NCBI GenBank assembly: GCA_016699105.1
Contig: CP064960.1
Location: 1,223,436-1,287,435, forward strand
DNA length: 64,000 nucleotides
Origin: a bacterium
Lineage (GTDB): Bacteria; Patescibacteriota; Saccharimonadia; UBA4664
Direction of reading: 5' to 3'
The notes under the pieces are model-generated. The model was given only the letters and a program-made list of their open reading frames with translations. It did no database searches and was not told the DNA's origin. Positions 52,052 to 64,000 of the stretch are shown in pieces; position 1 is the first letter of the stretch; every line of letters begins with the position of its first letter. The position numbers were made by a program, and so were the translations under genes.

Positions 52052-53984
52052 ACTCTAACACGGCTTTGATGCGCCGGATGCCGGCGGAGCTTGATTCTTC
52101 TTTTTTAATCTTATAGCGCTTGCCGGCTTCGCCCAAAAGACCTGTGTGTTCAACATGTGGTCCACCACAAATTTCTTTGCTAAACCATTCACCATCGGGG
52201 TCACCAGCGGTATAGACTTTGACGGTGTCACCGTATTTGTCGCCGAATGCACCTAGAGCGCCTTCTTTAAAAGCTTGGTCGGTCGGGATTTCGCGGTAGC
52301 TCATGGGATAATCGGCGACAATGGCGTCGTTGACGATTTGCTCAACTTGAGCTATTTGCTCCGGAGTCATTTTCTCGGGATGGCTAAAATCAAACCTGAG
52401 GCGCTCGGGCGTTATGTTTGATCCACGCTGAATGACATGATCACCGAGTACCATTCGCAAGGCTTTGTAACCAAGGTGTGTAGCGGTATGATATTTGATC
52501 GAGACGTCTGAATGGTCGGCCAAACCGCCTTTGAACTGACCGGCAAAAGCGGTGCGAGAGCGCTCTTTTTGCTCGGCCATAAGTTGATTTGCCTTATCAA
52601 CTGCGTCGGGCGCTAAATCAATCTGTCGATTGTGTGCTTCTTCTATTGCTAGTTCAAAAGGATAGCCATAGGTATCAAATAATGTAAACAAAATTTCGCC
52701 GGTGATTGTCGACTCTTTGGGATCGGAATAGGACACTTTGCGCCTATTATTTTGGGCAGTGAATCTATCAAATTCGCGCAATCCCCTTTCCAGGGTACTA
52801 CGGAACTGCTTTTCTTCACGAACGAGTGTTTCGATGACAGTTGCCTTGTGTTCGCGGACCTCGGGGTAGTCGTCGCGGTATAAGTCGGCGATGACTGGAA
52901 TGGCTTTGCCTAAAAAGTCGTCCTTGAGTCCGAGAGCGTGTGCCTGGCGGATGGCTCGGCGTAAGAATCGCCGGAGGACATAACCTTGGGCGGTGTTTGA
53001 GGGCACGACACCATCGACGGCTAAGAACGTGGCCGCCCGTAAGTGGTCGGCTATGACGCGCATGGCGAACGCATTGTCGTTATAAGACTTGCCAGAGAGT
53101 TTTTCCAGAGTTTCGACGATTGGCCAGAGCAAGCTAATCTTAAACATGTCTCCACTACCCTCGACAGCTTGAGCGATGCGTTCAAGGCCGCCACCGAAAT
53201 CAACTTCGGGTTTGGCTAACGGTTCGAGTCCGCCATCCTCAGTTTTACGAAATTGCATAAATACGGAATTGCCCACTTCGACAAAGCGGCCACAGTCGCA
53301 ATTGGGATGACACTTCTCGCCCCATTTTGGATCGTGCTCGATGTGGGGAAATTCATAGAACACTTCGGCACAAGGCCCACAGGGATCGCCGGCGGGCGTG
53401 GTCGCCGGGCCTTTTTCGCCGCGATTCCACCAATTTTTCTTGCCATCATAGAGGAATATCCGTTCACCGGGGTTCATACCACGGGCGGCACCAGCATCAC
53501 CGGATCCCATTTCAACTACTTGAGGGTCGGCAATACCAGATTGCCGGTATAGTTTCTGCCATAATTCGATCGATTCGGTGTCGGGACCGATGCCAAATTC
53601 GGCGTCGCCGATGAAAGCCGTGACATACAACCGTTGCGGATCAATTTTGATTTCCTCGGTGAGAAATTTCCAGAACCACGGCAACTGTTCTTGCTTGAAG
53701 TAACTACCGAGACTCCAATTACCCAGCATCTCGAAGAAGGTGGTGTGACGATTATCGCCGACTTCATCAATGTCTTCGGCTCGAAAACATGTTTGCGAGT
53801 CGGCTAACTTGTCACCATCAGGATGGGGCTCGCCGAGCAGATACGGCACGAGAGGTTGCATACCGGATCCGGTAAACAAGGTGGTGGGATCTTCTTTGGG
53901 AACTAAATTAGCTCGTGGAATAATGGCATGGCCATTTTTGGCCATAAACTCAAGATAAGCACGGCGGATGTCGTTAGCATTCAT
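52050..53984 (-). CDS. alaS: alanyl-tRNA synthetase (short form, 644 aa, lacking C-Ala domain)
   Basis: Class II motifs (FTGSGMQP, ..FEMLGNWS..), tRNA-recognition region and editing-domain HxxxH...C (HTATHLGYKALR..., ..GGPHV). Confidence 0.9.
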   Translation of the reverse strand: MNANDIRRAYLEFMAKNGHAIIPRANLVPKEDPTTLFTGSGMQPLVPYLLGEPHPDGDKLADSQTCFRAEDIDEVGDNRHTTFFEMLGNWSLGSYFKQEQLPWFWKFLTEEIKIDPQRLYVTAFIGDAEFGIGPDTESIELWQKLYRQSGIADPQVVEMGSGDAGAARGMNPGERIFLYDGKKNWWNRGEKGPATTPAGDPCGPCAEVFYEFPHIEHDPKWGEKCHPNCDCGRFVEVGNSVFMQFRKTEDGGLEPLAKPEVDFGGGLERIAQAVEGSGDMFKISLLWPIVETLEKLSGKSYNDNAFAMRVIADHLRAATFLAVDGVVPSNTAQGYVLRRFLRRAIRQAHALGLKDDFLGKAIPVIADLYRDDYPEVREHKATVIETLVREEKQFRSTLERGLREFDRFTAQNNRRKVSYSDPKESTITGEILFTLFDTYGYPFELAIEEAHNRQIDLAPDAVDKANQLMAEQKERSRTAFAGQFKGGLADHSDVSIKYHTATHLGYKALRMVLGDHVIQRGSNITPERLRFDFSHPEKMTPEQIAQVEQIVNDAIVADYPMSYREIPTDQAFKEGALGAFGDKYGDTVKVYTAGDPDGEWFSKEICGGPHVEHTGLLGEAGKRYKIKKEESSSAGIRRIKAVLE

Positions 53985-54004
53985 GGGACTTCTCTGATAG
54001 GGAT

Positions 54005-54577
54005 TTACGATTGGGGGGTCGTTGGGGGAGTCTCGGCTGCAGGAGCTTCAGGAGCAGGGGTTTCCGGTGCCGGTGTAGTTTCGGGGGTAGCCACGGGAAC
54101 GGCTGGGGTTTCGACGACCGGCGCTTCAACTGGAGCTACTGGTGCCTCAACTGGGGCTACGGGCATCTCAACGGCTGGAGCTGGTGCCTCAGGCGCGGCG
54201 GGAGCGGCGGCACCGGCAGCCATGGCGGCATTGGCGGCATCGAGGGCTTTTTGGGCCAACTGGTCGTCGGCTTCACCGGGGATTTTGTCGGTCACTGTAT
54301 TAACGGCGGTTTCGACTTTATCCATAACGGCCGGAGCAGCTTGTTGCACGCTGTCGACTGCGTTGGTCACAGCAGCCTGAACAGGTGCCGGTGCAGCTTC
54401 GACGACTTTTTGGGCTGTGTCTTGGACGGCGTTGGTGACATTACCCGCTGCGTTCTGAACATTATTAACAGCAGATTGAACGGGAGCTGGAGCAGCAGCT
54501 GCAGCCGATTGGGCGACGTCGGCAGCCTTTTTACCACCACCCATCACTGCATTTTTAATGTCATCAAAGATACCCAT
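54005..54577 (-). CDS. Ala/Pro/Val-rich low-complexity repeat protein
   Basis: 190 aa, (A/V)P(V/A)E and APxPE repeats, helical AxxA(V/Q) repeats N-terminally. DNA shows imperfect tandem repeats 54090-54200. Confidence 0.4.
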   Translation of the reverse strand: MGIFDDIKNAVMGGGKKAADVAQSAAAAAPAPVQSAVNNVQNAAGNVTNAVQDTAQKVVEAAPAPVQAAVTNAVDSVQQAAPAVMDKVETAVNTVTDKIPGEADDQLAQKALDAANAAMAAGAAAPAAPEAPAPAVEMPVAPVEAPVAPVEAPVVETPAVPVATPETTPAPETPAPEAPAAETPPTTPQS

Positions 54578-54732
54578 AGAGAAATTCCTTGTAGCTAATA
54601 CTTTGTCCGCATTGTAACTGATGAAGGGTGAAAAAAGAAGAGAGCGGCTCCTTGCTTTTCGGCGTCAGTTCTTACTTCAATAGCCGACCCACCATAAAAG
54701 CGATCGGGTATTGAAGTGCACCTACCAAAGCC

Positions 54733-55800
54733 TTGATAGCAATTAGATAGTAATGACGCCGCCACCGATGACTTCATCGCCCTCATAGACGACAGCTGAT
54801 TGGCCGGCAGCGACAGCTCGCTCGGGTGTGGCGAGTGTGACCCGAAAATTATCGGAGGATCTGGGAGAAATTTTCCGGGTATCAGTTGGCCGCGGTGGCG
54901 CAGGCGGAATTCATATGTTTGGTCTGACTCTGGCACCTGATTAACGAGCCAGTTACAATCAGAGATTTCAAAGGTCGTAGTGTCGAGAAGTAAGTCGGCC
55001 GGGTCGATGGTAACAAACACGGCATTGGTTGCCATGTCTTTGCCTGTGACAAAATATGGCTGACCGCCGCCGACACCCAAACCATGGCGCTGCCCGATGG
55101 TGTAATAAACGGCACCAGCGTGTTGGCCAACTGTTTGCCCGGTGGCCGCTTCGATAATTGGTCCGGGTTGTGCCTGGACATGCTGAGATAAGAAATCTCG
55201 AATGCCAACCTGACCGACAAAGCAGATGCCCTGAGAATCGGGTTTGGTTGCATTTGGTAAGTGCAATTTAGCGGCCTCAGCCCGGACCTGCGGCTTGGTT
55301 AAATTGCCAATTGGAAAGAGGGTGTATTTCAAGACGTCGGCTTGAACCCGATATAAAAAGTAGGTCTGGTCTTTGGCCGGATCGGCTGCTTTAAGTAAAT
55401 GTCCGCTGTGAGTGCGGGCATAATGGCCAGTAGCTATTAAATCGGCACCGTCAGTTCGGGCTGCCTCGGCAAAGAGTTGAAATTTGATGTACTGGTTACA
55501 CAAAACATCGGGATTTGGGGTACGCCCGGCTTGATATTCGGCGATCATAACGTCGACAACCAATTGCCGATAGGAGTCCTGGAAATCAAAAACTTTGACC
55601 GGAATACCGAGGCTGGCGCCCACAGCTCGGGCATCGGCTAGATCCTGCTGCCAAGGGCAAGCAACTCCACCGACATCTTGGGTCCAGTTTTGCATATAGA
55701 CGCCAACGACCCGGTAACCCTGCTGCTGAAGCAAAGCTGCTGATACGGCTGAATCGACTCCGCCGCTCAAGCCGACATAAACTGTTTGTGGCGATGGCAT
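54733..55800 (-). CDS. mnmA: tRNA 2-thiouridine(34) synthase MnmA (1-nt frameshift near 54850; true stop at 54733)
   Basis: PP-loop SGGVDSAV, catalytic Cys blocks. C-terminus ..RVTLATPERAVAAGQSAVVYEGDEVIGGGVI recovered in +1 frame after a T3/T4 run. Confidence 0.85.
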
Positions 55801-55853
55801 AATGACCGTTATTTTACGGTAATGTCACTTTTTGTTCAACTGTCAAGCTAATA

Positions 55854-56830
55854 TTAATCAGTGAATAGCTGAACGACCATCAGGCCATAGGGACCACCAT
55901 CGATAATGCCGATGCCGACTTTGCGAAAATTTTCATTGAGAATATTAGCCCGGTGACCAGGCGAGTTCATGAGACCTTGGTGCGCTTCGGCCAGATTACT
56001 GGCTAAGGCTAGGTTTTCTCCAGCAGCTGAGTATTTGACGCCAGCGTCATCGAGACGGTTGAAGGGCCCTTTGCCGTTGGAATCGTTGTGTGAGAAAAAT
56101 CCTTCACCAAACATGCGATTGGCGTAAGACCGAGCCACTGCCCGAGCTGGTTCATTGGCAGTCAGCTTGGGTAACCCTTGATTGGACCGTTCTTTGTTGA
56201 CCAGCTCAAGCATCGCTGATTCGTCATATGGGCTGGCGATACCAGTGGTTGTAAAACCAAGTTCAATGTACTCGGTTTTGGTCGGGGTGATGTTCAGCGT
56301 GAAGAGATTGAGACTATTGCCAAGATCTTGACTCAATCCAGCTGCAAATTCTTTTTGGGCAACCCGCCCCATACTCACGAGCTGTTGGGCAAGTACCGAT
56401 TCGCGAATAGCTGACTTAGCTACAACGGGGATAGGAAGGGCTAACGCAATGACTATAGCTAACGTCGTCAGAACGGCAAACTTGCAGGCATTGAGGACAA
56501 CGCCACCGAGCTGATTGGGCCACGATAGCTGCAGATCTTGATGTAAATGTTTGAGCAAACTAAATCGGATAGCCAGGGCAAGTCCAATCTCAATGAGTAT
56601 CCAGATAATAGTGACGGCTATCAGATTCGATAAGGCGGGAATGGTGCCGAAGAGTTTTCGACCATGTCGCCTAAGGGTGCGTAAAATAACAGGGCACCGG
56701 CGGTTGCAGCCGTAAAACACAACAGCTCCATACCTAGGAGCACAGCACCACGACGACGGCCCGCCCAGCCTGCCGCCAGAAGAATTAATACAATACCAAC
56801 ATCAACCCCTAGGCCAATGTTTGGGCTCAT
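55854..56830 (-). CDS. CAP (SCP/PR-1-like) domain exported protein, frameshifted N-terminus
   Basis: C-terminal CAP motifs GHYTQVVW-like (SPGHRANILNENFRKVGIG) and HNDSN. N-terminal TM fragment in a separate frame. Confidence 0.55.
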
Positions 56831-57386
56831 GGATTTGCTCCAGCTAGATGCTCATAGAGGACTTTTTGCAATTCCGACAGTGTGAGCGCCAGGGACTTGG
56901 GTGTATCCCACCAGTTTGACCGACGCCACTGAGTATCTAGACCGGAATGGTTGATTATTGGAAAATCGTTGCCCAATTCCCGGTGAAATAGTAAATTGGC
57001 GCGGCGTTGATGGTAGGGTGATGTGACGAGAATTATGGATTGGTAACGGTTGTTTTGACAAGCTTGGCGACGCCAGCAGCGTTGGCACGCGTGTCGGTGG
57101 CTGCTTCGTCCAGGAGAATAGCTGTTACCGGTACGCCGGCGTCGGCTGCGGCTTGCGCCATAGCGGCCGCATTCGACGGACTATTGGGATCAAGTGCAGC
57201 GCCTGAAAAGATGAGGATTGGAGCCCAACCGTCTTGATATAGTTTAACGGCTTCGGTAGTACGGGCAGCTGTGTCGCCACCGGAAATAGCGACGATCGCG
57301 TCAACTTTGGCGAGTTGATCCTGGGGCGACAAATAAAAGCCTATACCATAGACTACGCCACTGACGACCAATACCAGGACTGACAC
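56827..57386 (-). CDS. DUF218 / YdcF-SanA-ElyC family protein (1-nt frameshift ~57040-57090)
   Basis: N-frame AIVAISGGDTAARTTEAVKLYQDGWAPILIFSG. C-terminal ILVTSPYHQRRANLLFHRELG recovered in another frame. Stop overlaps CAP gene start. Confidence 0.5.
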
Positions 57387-57455
57387 GGTGAGTCAATCCG
57401 GTGAGAAACCGCTTCATGCTTGTTATTGTAGCACTTACGTTAGCAACTGGAGTGG

Positions 57456-58655
57456 CTAACCTAAGTTGCGGACTGCCTTGACGACGGCCGGTAGGGTTTG
57501 GGCGACATAGGCTATATCTGAGGCTAGGGTGTGACGGCCGAGCGTCAGTCGTAAACTTGATCGGGCATCGTCAGCCGTACAGCCAATGGCTGTGAGGACA
57601 TGAGATGGTAGTTGATTGCCGATCGAGCATGCTGATCCTGTAGACACTTGGATTCCGGCTTGGTCGAGATGTAAAACGAGTGTTTCACCGTCAATCTCAG
57701 GGATGCTAAAGTTGAGATTTCCCGGCAATCGTCGGCGGGCATGGCCGTTTAAGCGGGTTCCCGGTAGCGCCTTCAGAATTTGCTGAGCTAATTGATCACG
57801 CAATTGCTCCAGGCGTTTAGCTTCGGTCGAACGGTGAGCAACAGCCAGCTTGACAGCCGATCCCAGTCCAACGATGGTAGCGACGTTTTCGGTACCACTG
57901 CGGCGGCCACGTTCTTGGCCACCACCAAACATGAGCGGATCGAGCATAGTACCCGTGCGCACATACAAAACGCCGGCGCCTTTGGGACCATATAATTTGG
58001 AGCCATTAAAGGTCAAAAGATGTACCCCCAACCGATTAACGTGAAGGTTGATATAGGCAGCGGCCTGAGCAGCATCGGTATGGAGATAAAGTGGTCGATC
58101 TAGCCCGCGGGCAGTTCGATCAGCCCGAATAGCCACCAATTGTTTAGCGATTTCAGCCAATGGTTGAATGGTGCCAATTTCATTATTGGCCAACATGACA
58201 CTGACCAGTACCGTCGTATCGGTCACTGCCGCTGCCACCACGGCGGCATCAACAATTCCGTCCGCGCCAATTGGGACGATCGTAACAGGATGACCGGAGG
58301 CTGTGAGTGGCTGCTCAAGCGCCAGTACCGAGTCATGCTCAATGGCTGTGGTGACCCAGTGGGACCCAGGATGAGCTTTGAGCGTACCTTGGATTGCTAA
58401 GTTGTTTGATTCGGTGGCACACGATGTAAAAACAATTTCAGTCGGTTTGGCCGCCAGTGAGTTCGCGATAGTTTGGCGGGCATCTTCAATAGCTGATCGC
58501 GCATTTCGTCCTAATTGATATAGTGCCGACGGATTGGCATATTCGGTCGTCAGATAGGGCTGCATCACTTCGAGCACCGCCTGATCGAGCGGTGTGGCGG
58601 CAGCGTTATCGAGATAAATTGGGTGAATCGGTTTCGTCATGGGTGTTCCTCTCAA
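57456..58655 (-). CDS. cysteine desulfurase (class V aminotransferase, IscS/NifS-like)
   Basis: PLP-Lys region and conserved SGTEN..GLG catalytic-Cys loop (..GSACS..); N-terminal YLDNAATTP. Confidence 0.85.
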   Translation of the reverse strand: MRGTPMTKPIHPIYLDNAAATPLDQAVLEVMQPYLTTEYANPSALYQLGRNARSAIEDARQTIANSLAAKPTEIVFTSCATESNNLAIQGTLKAHPGSHWVTTAIEHDSVLALEQPLTASGHPVTIVPIGADGIVDAAVVAAAVTDTTVLVSVMLANNEIGTIQPLAEIAKQLVAIRADRTARGLDRPLYLHTDAAQAAAYINLHVNRLGVHLLTFNGSKLYGPKGAGVLYVRTGTMLDPLMFGGGQERGRRSGTENVATIVGLGSAVKLAVAHRSTEAKRLEQLRDQLAQQILKALPGTRLNGHARRRLPGNLNFSIPEIDGETLVLHLDQAGIQVSTGSACSIGNQLPSHVLTAIGCTADDARSSLRLTLGRHTLASDIAYVAQTLPAVVKAVRNLG

Positions 58656-58916
58656 GTTGGCGTAGATGGCGATAGCAATCGGCGGCAGGAGGCAATGGAC
58701 CCGCCTGCATATGTACCCCTAAGAGTTGTTGGTTGGAATCAACGGGTTGTGTGGGACTGAGACTTGATTCGGCCATAGTTGACTAGGGCTTCCCCGACGT
58801 ACGCACCAGCAGAACGCGTGAAGATCTGTTGCCATAAGGGTAGTCTCATGGCTATATCATACCATGATTGGCTGGGAAACCTGATTATACCGTACATTTT
58901 ACGAACGTGCAAACCG

Positions 58917-59675
58917 TTACCAGTCACCAAATAATTTCTTGGCATTGGCGGTCGAGCTTAATGCTAAGTCAGCAACCGCTTCGCCGCGCAGACGAGCTAA
59001 TATTTTGGCAGTATCGGCCAGAAACGCCGGTTCATTCCGGTGGCCGCGGTGCGGTGGTGGGGCCAAAAAGGGGCAGTCGGTTTCGAGTAGAATCCGGTCT
59101 GGCGGTACCTGCCTCGCGGCTGATAATTGGTCAGGATCTTTGGTAAACGTCATGATGCCCCCGAGGGCAATATATAGCCCGCGCTGAAGCGACCCTTCCA
59201 TTTCCGCTACGCCCGCGCTGAAGCAATGCACCAGCCCCCGAGTGCCTGGATAATCATCCAATATCCGCCAAAAATCCGGAAACGCCTGGCGCACATGGAA
59301 GATAAGTGGCTTATCGAGCTGGTTGGCTAATTCAATCTGGAAACGCAAGGTCGATTCCTGGTCTTTGGGCGAAGTTTGCGACTTGTACTGATCAAGACCA
59401 CATTCGCCAATTGCTACTACCAATGGATCGGCAGCTAGCTTGGCAATTACCGCGAGAGCAGCCTGTCCAGCATCGGCGTCATGTGGGTGCAGCCCGACCG
59501 CTGCTCGTAGTACTTTTGGATATTGGCGAGCGAGCTCAAGAGCTGCTGCAGAGTCGGCAGCTTCGACACCAACCACTATTTGCTTATTGACTCCAGCGGC
59601 ATTGGCGCGATCAAGTACATCTGCTACATCATCAGCAAAATCGGAGAAATGAATATGTGAATGGGTATCGATCAT
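58917..59675 (-). CDS. tatD: TatD family metal-dependent DNase/hydrolase
   Basis: MIDTHSHI N-terminus, HxH...E...H...H...D metal ligands. Confidence 0.85.
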   Translation of the reverse strand: MIDTHSHIHFSDFADDVADVLDRANAAGVNKQIVVGVEAADSAAALELARQYPKVLRAAVGLHPHDADAGQAALAVIAKLAADPLVVAIGECGLDQYKSQTSPKDQESTLRFQIELANQLDKPLIFHVRQAFPDFWRILDDYPGTRGLVHCFSAGVAEMEGSLQRGLYIALGGIMTFTKDPDQLSAARQVPPDRILLETDCPFLAPPPHRGHRNEPAFLADTAKILARLRGEAVADLALSSTANAKKLFGDW

Positions 59676-59677
59676 TT

Positions 59678-61179
<1,502 letters not shown>

Positions 61180-61578
61180 TCAGATGGTCGGCGCCGGAGC
61201 AGATATGCCGACGTATTTATCTGAGCCAAACCCGAGGATCATGAACCCTATGGCTGAGAATAGTACGAGTCCGAATAATCCAAAAGTACTGGATCGGCCA
61301 AAGGCTTTGGCTAGATCGAGACAGACCACGATGACGGCATAAATATTGACTATCGGCACGAACATCAGTAGTAACCACCAGCCGGAGTGCCCCGACATTT
61401 TAACCAAGTCGTAACTATTGAGGATAGGCACGAGTACATGCCAGCCTGGGCGTCCGGCTTTGGCAAACATTTTCCACTCAGCCACAATCAAAACGATGGT
61501 CATTATCGTCACCAAAAGGGCAAAGAATAACAAGATACCGAAACCGACAACTGATTCAACTTGCGACGCGCTATCCAT
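61180..61578 (-). CDS. hypothetical small membrane protein
   Basis: 132 aa, 3-4 TM helices; no recognisable domain. Confidence 0.3.
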   Translation of the reverse strand: MDSASQVESVVGFGILLFFALLVTIMTIVLIVAEWKMFAKAGRPGWHVLVPILNSYDLVKMSGHSGWWLLLMFVPIVNIYAVIVVCLDLAKAFGRSSTFGLFGLVLFSAIGFMILGFGSDKYVGISAPAPTI

Positions 61579-61647
61579 AAAAATACCTTTACATGAATTT
61601 AATGAGGTCAGTGTAACACGAATTGACCGTCATGATAACAGTTGTGC

Positions 61648-62487
61648 TTAGATATACTGGCGGTCTAATGCACCTTGATACAAGCGTTGCCACGACGCCA
61701 CGTCGAGCTCTTGAGCCCGAGCCAGAGGTACGATATTGGCAGTCTCCAATAACGCTATGACCAGATCAGGTGACAGATTGAGACCACCGGAGAGGGCATT
61801 TTTGAGCGTTTTGCGCTTCTCGCCAAAGCCTGCCTTGACCAATCGAAATAGCTTGGCGGTATCAGCGGCAAACGCCGGCCCTTTCAACGAGATGCGTAAC
61901 ACAGCCGAATCTACATCGGGCGATGGCCAAAACTTATGCCGTTCGACCATGGCCACAATTTCCGGACGACCATAATATTGTACACTAAAGGCGAGTACTG
62001 ACATTTTACCCGGACTGGCCGTAATGCGTTCGGCGACCTCTTTTTGAACTAGCACACTCATGACCGAAGGTGGATTGGAACTTTCGAGTAGAAGCCGCAT
62101 AATTTTACTCGTTAGGTAATAAGGTAGGTTAGCAATTACTTTGTAGCCTGATGGTAACGCTGTTAGATCAAAAAGAAGAAAGTCTTGTTCGACCACTTTG
62201 AGATTAGCGGGAGCGTCGCGGCGGAGTAAATCCGCTAAAATGGGGTCGGTTTCAACGGCTACGACCTGGCCAGCTTGTCGGGTGAGTGGTTGAGTCATCA
62301 CTCCAAGACCGGGACCAATTTCCAGGACAGTGTCATTCTTATCAGGTTTGGCGGCAGCCATAATTGATTCGAGACTGGCAGCATCAACTAAAAAATGTTG
62401 GCCGAGAGCTTTATTTGGCCGGATACCGGCAAGCTTAAGAGCTGTTCTGACGTCTTCGATGCGAGATAAATCCATTGCATGAGCCAT
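61648..62487 (-). CDS. rsmA: 16S rRNA (adenine1518/1519-N6)-dimethyltransferase
   Basis: KsgA motifs LGQHFL, SAM-binding VLEIGPGLGVMT, NLPY. Confidence 0.85.
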   Translation of the reverse strand: MAHAMDLSRIEDVRTALKLAGIRPNKALGQHFLVDAASLESIMAAAKPDKNDTVLEIGPGLGVMTQPLTRQAGQVVAVETDPILADLLRRDAPANLKVVEQDFLLFDLTALPSGYKVIANLPYYLTSKIMRLLLESSNPPSVMSVLVQKEVAERITASPGKMSVLAFSVQYYGRPEIVAMVERHKFWPSPDVDSAVLRISLKGPAFAADTAKLFRLVKAGFGEKRKTLKNALSGGLNLSPDLVIALLETANIVPLARAQELDVASWQRLYQGALDRQYI

Positions 62488-62585
62488 TATAGTTGGGATT
62501 AGCTAGTGGGGTCTACCCAAATTGGCCTGATGGAGGATGGGGGTGTCCCCATCCTCCATCAGAATGACTGGTGGTCGAATTGCCA

Positions 62586-63110
62586 TCACTGATGATGAGT
62601 ACTGCAGTTGATCAGGCAGAGTTTGTCGCCGAGTGGCTGGCGCAAATAGCCAAATACAACAGGTATGCCACAGACTTTGAGCCCGACAAGCTCCAAAATG
62701 TGCACGACTTCGGCTGCGGGAAGCAAAGAGCAGTACGTGTAGCGATCGCCGAAGTTGACCCGGCCGTCGTTGTAGTAAGCCACCAATCGGGCGGGTAGTT
62801 GGGCCAGTAGCAGCGAATCCGGGAAATCACCGAGACGTCCAGCATAGACAGCGCCCCGCACACCGGTTTGGTAGAAATCACCAAGGGTGGGTGCTTGGGG
62901 CTCGTCGAGCCGTTCAGATCCGGCAACGCGCATGATTTGACGCAAGCTATGTAGTTGCGCGTCAGTCATTCCTAGAGTTGATGCCACTGATGGCGACGGG
63001 GTGATGGCGTCGAGGATGGGCACAACGAGATTGCGGGGCACGCCAAGGTCGCTCAAGAATTGGGCTGGTAGACCGGTGACGACGGCTTGACGGACAGCTA
63101 CAGAAAGCAT
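62586..63110 (-). CDS. hypothetical protein
   Basis: 174-aa ORF with coding-like composition; no motif recognised. Confidence 0.3.
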   Translation of the reverse strand: MLSVAVRQAVVTGLPAQFLSDLGVPRNLVVPILDAITPSPSVASTLGMTDAQLHSLRQIMRVAGSERLDEPQAPTLGDFYQTGVRGAVYAGRLGDFPDSLLLAQLPARLVAYYNDGRVNFGDRYTYCSLLPAAEVVHILELVGLKVCGIPVVFGYLRQPLGDKLCLINCSTHHQ

Positions 63111-63205
63111 GACCGATCATTCCTTTGGGTTGTGAGAGGACTTCTGTCGACTAATTCTTAGTATGACTGAGTGTCACGATAAGGTCGAGCGTTTTGAAGA
63201 TAATA

Positions 63206-63961
63206 TTATTTATCGAGACAACTGCCAGTATCGACACTAGTAGCACCGGCGAGTTGGATAGCTTTGGTGATTTCGGGCGCTGTCAGGGCGTAGGCGATGC
63301 CCTCATTGGCCGTCGACTTGGCGAAGATCATTCCGAGAACGGTGCCATTGGGAGCGACTAAAGGTCCGCTGGAGCTACCTGGCATGACTTCAGCTTGTAG
63401 TTCGTAGATTTGGCGGGTCACGAGTCCCGAACCGTAAATATCGCGTCCAACAGCTCGAGCCACACCCAACACAGCCGCCGGTTTCACCGTCAAATCTCCA
63501 CCTCCCGGATATCCAAGAACGGCGCCGATAGTTCCGCGCAATGACGTGGTGGTACCAACACTTAAGGGGGCGGTTGCTAGTTCGGGTACCCGGATGACGG
63601 CAATATCTAAGCGCGGGTCGAAATAGACGGTGGTGCCACGATGGCCACCATCCCAGTCTTGGACGACCGGCGTTTTGATGCCAGCTACCACGTGTGCGTT
63701 CGTAACCACCGTTTCGGGTGCGGCCACAAAGCCAGAACCCTCAAGCAGCCCACCGCAACCCAGGCTTTCGAGCCTGACGGTCGCGGGCGCGGCAATGGCG
63801 GCGGCGGCGTTGACAGCTTCGGCATTGGGGCCAGTGACTGGTGGCGGCGCCTCAGGTTCAAGACCAGCAAAGACCCGGGGTAAACCAGTAGCGGTCATGG
63901 AGTTTTCAAGCTTGGTTATAATGTCTGGAGCCGGCGGCAAGTTGGCATCGAGTGATCTCAA
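63206..63961 (-). CDS. trypsin-like serine protease (S1 family; possibly N-terminally longer, may run past window end)
   Basis: Catalytic triad blocks TNAHVV (His), DIAVIRV (Asp), GSSGPLV (Ser). Confidence 0.65.
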   Translation of the reverse strand: MRSLDANLPPAPDIITKLENSMTATGLPRVFAGLEPEAPPPVTGPNAEAVNAAAAIAAPATVRLESLGCGGLLEGSGFVAAPETVVTNAHVVAGIKTPVVQDWDGGHRGTTVYFDPRLDIAVIRVPELATAPLSVGTTTSLRGTIGAVLGYPGGGDLTVKPAAVLGVARAVGRDIYGSGLVTRQIYELQAEVMPGSSSGPLVAPNGTVLGMIFAKSTANEGIAYALTAPEITKAIQLAGATSVDTGSCLDK

Positions 63962-64000
63962 GATGCGTGATGTCTGGATTTCAGCGGTAAGGTATGGTCC

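Overview
This 64 kb window is a gene-dense bacterial chromosomal segment with housekeeping genes on both strands: rnc, nusB, rpmF, leuS, dut, murF, murA, obg, mltG, ruvX, ftsA, alaS, mnmA, iscS-like, tatD, metG, ksgA, two tRNA-Ala genes, photolyase and two MMPL transporters. The gene content fits a small-genome monoderm-type bacterium, possibly Patescibacteria/Saccharibacteria, but I cannot confirm the lineage from sequence alone. Interleaved with the housekeeping genes are accessory loci.

The main accessory loci are:
- 3.1-11 kb: a cell-envelope glycan island (GH5, FAD oxidoreductase, GtrA, GH8, GT-C ArnT/PMT-like, processive GT2, and a GT2 polyprenol-phosphate sugar synthase fused to GtrA).
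- 19.6-23.3 kb: a four-gene eukaryote-like ubiquitin-conjugation cassette, my top candidate for the novel system. It encodes a frameshifted coiled-coil protein whose C-terminus carries an HxN-x8-Cys E2/UBC-like motif, a small beta-grasp Ubl ending in Gly, a JAB/MPN (JAMM) peptidase and a ThiF/E1-like enzyme. It resembles Bil / 6E-type antiviral Ubl systems.
- 26-29 kb: an AT-rich island next to tRNA-Ala(GGC) carrying an AAA+ DUF4143-type ATPase.
- 35.9-36.4 kb: a Doc/Phd-like toxin-antitoxin pair next to tRNA-Ala(CGC).
- 46.5 kb: an Lsr2-like nucleoid protein.
- 23.6 kb: an Flp-like pilin.

leuS carries an inserted NUDIX domain.

More than 20 genes, including essential ones (leuS, murA, obg, metG, ftsA, ruvX, mltG, mnmA), are split by single-nucleotide frameshifts. 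Nearly all of these sit at homopolymer runs where adding one base restores a conserved motif. I read this as homopolymer-compression assembly error, not pseudogenisation.
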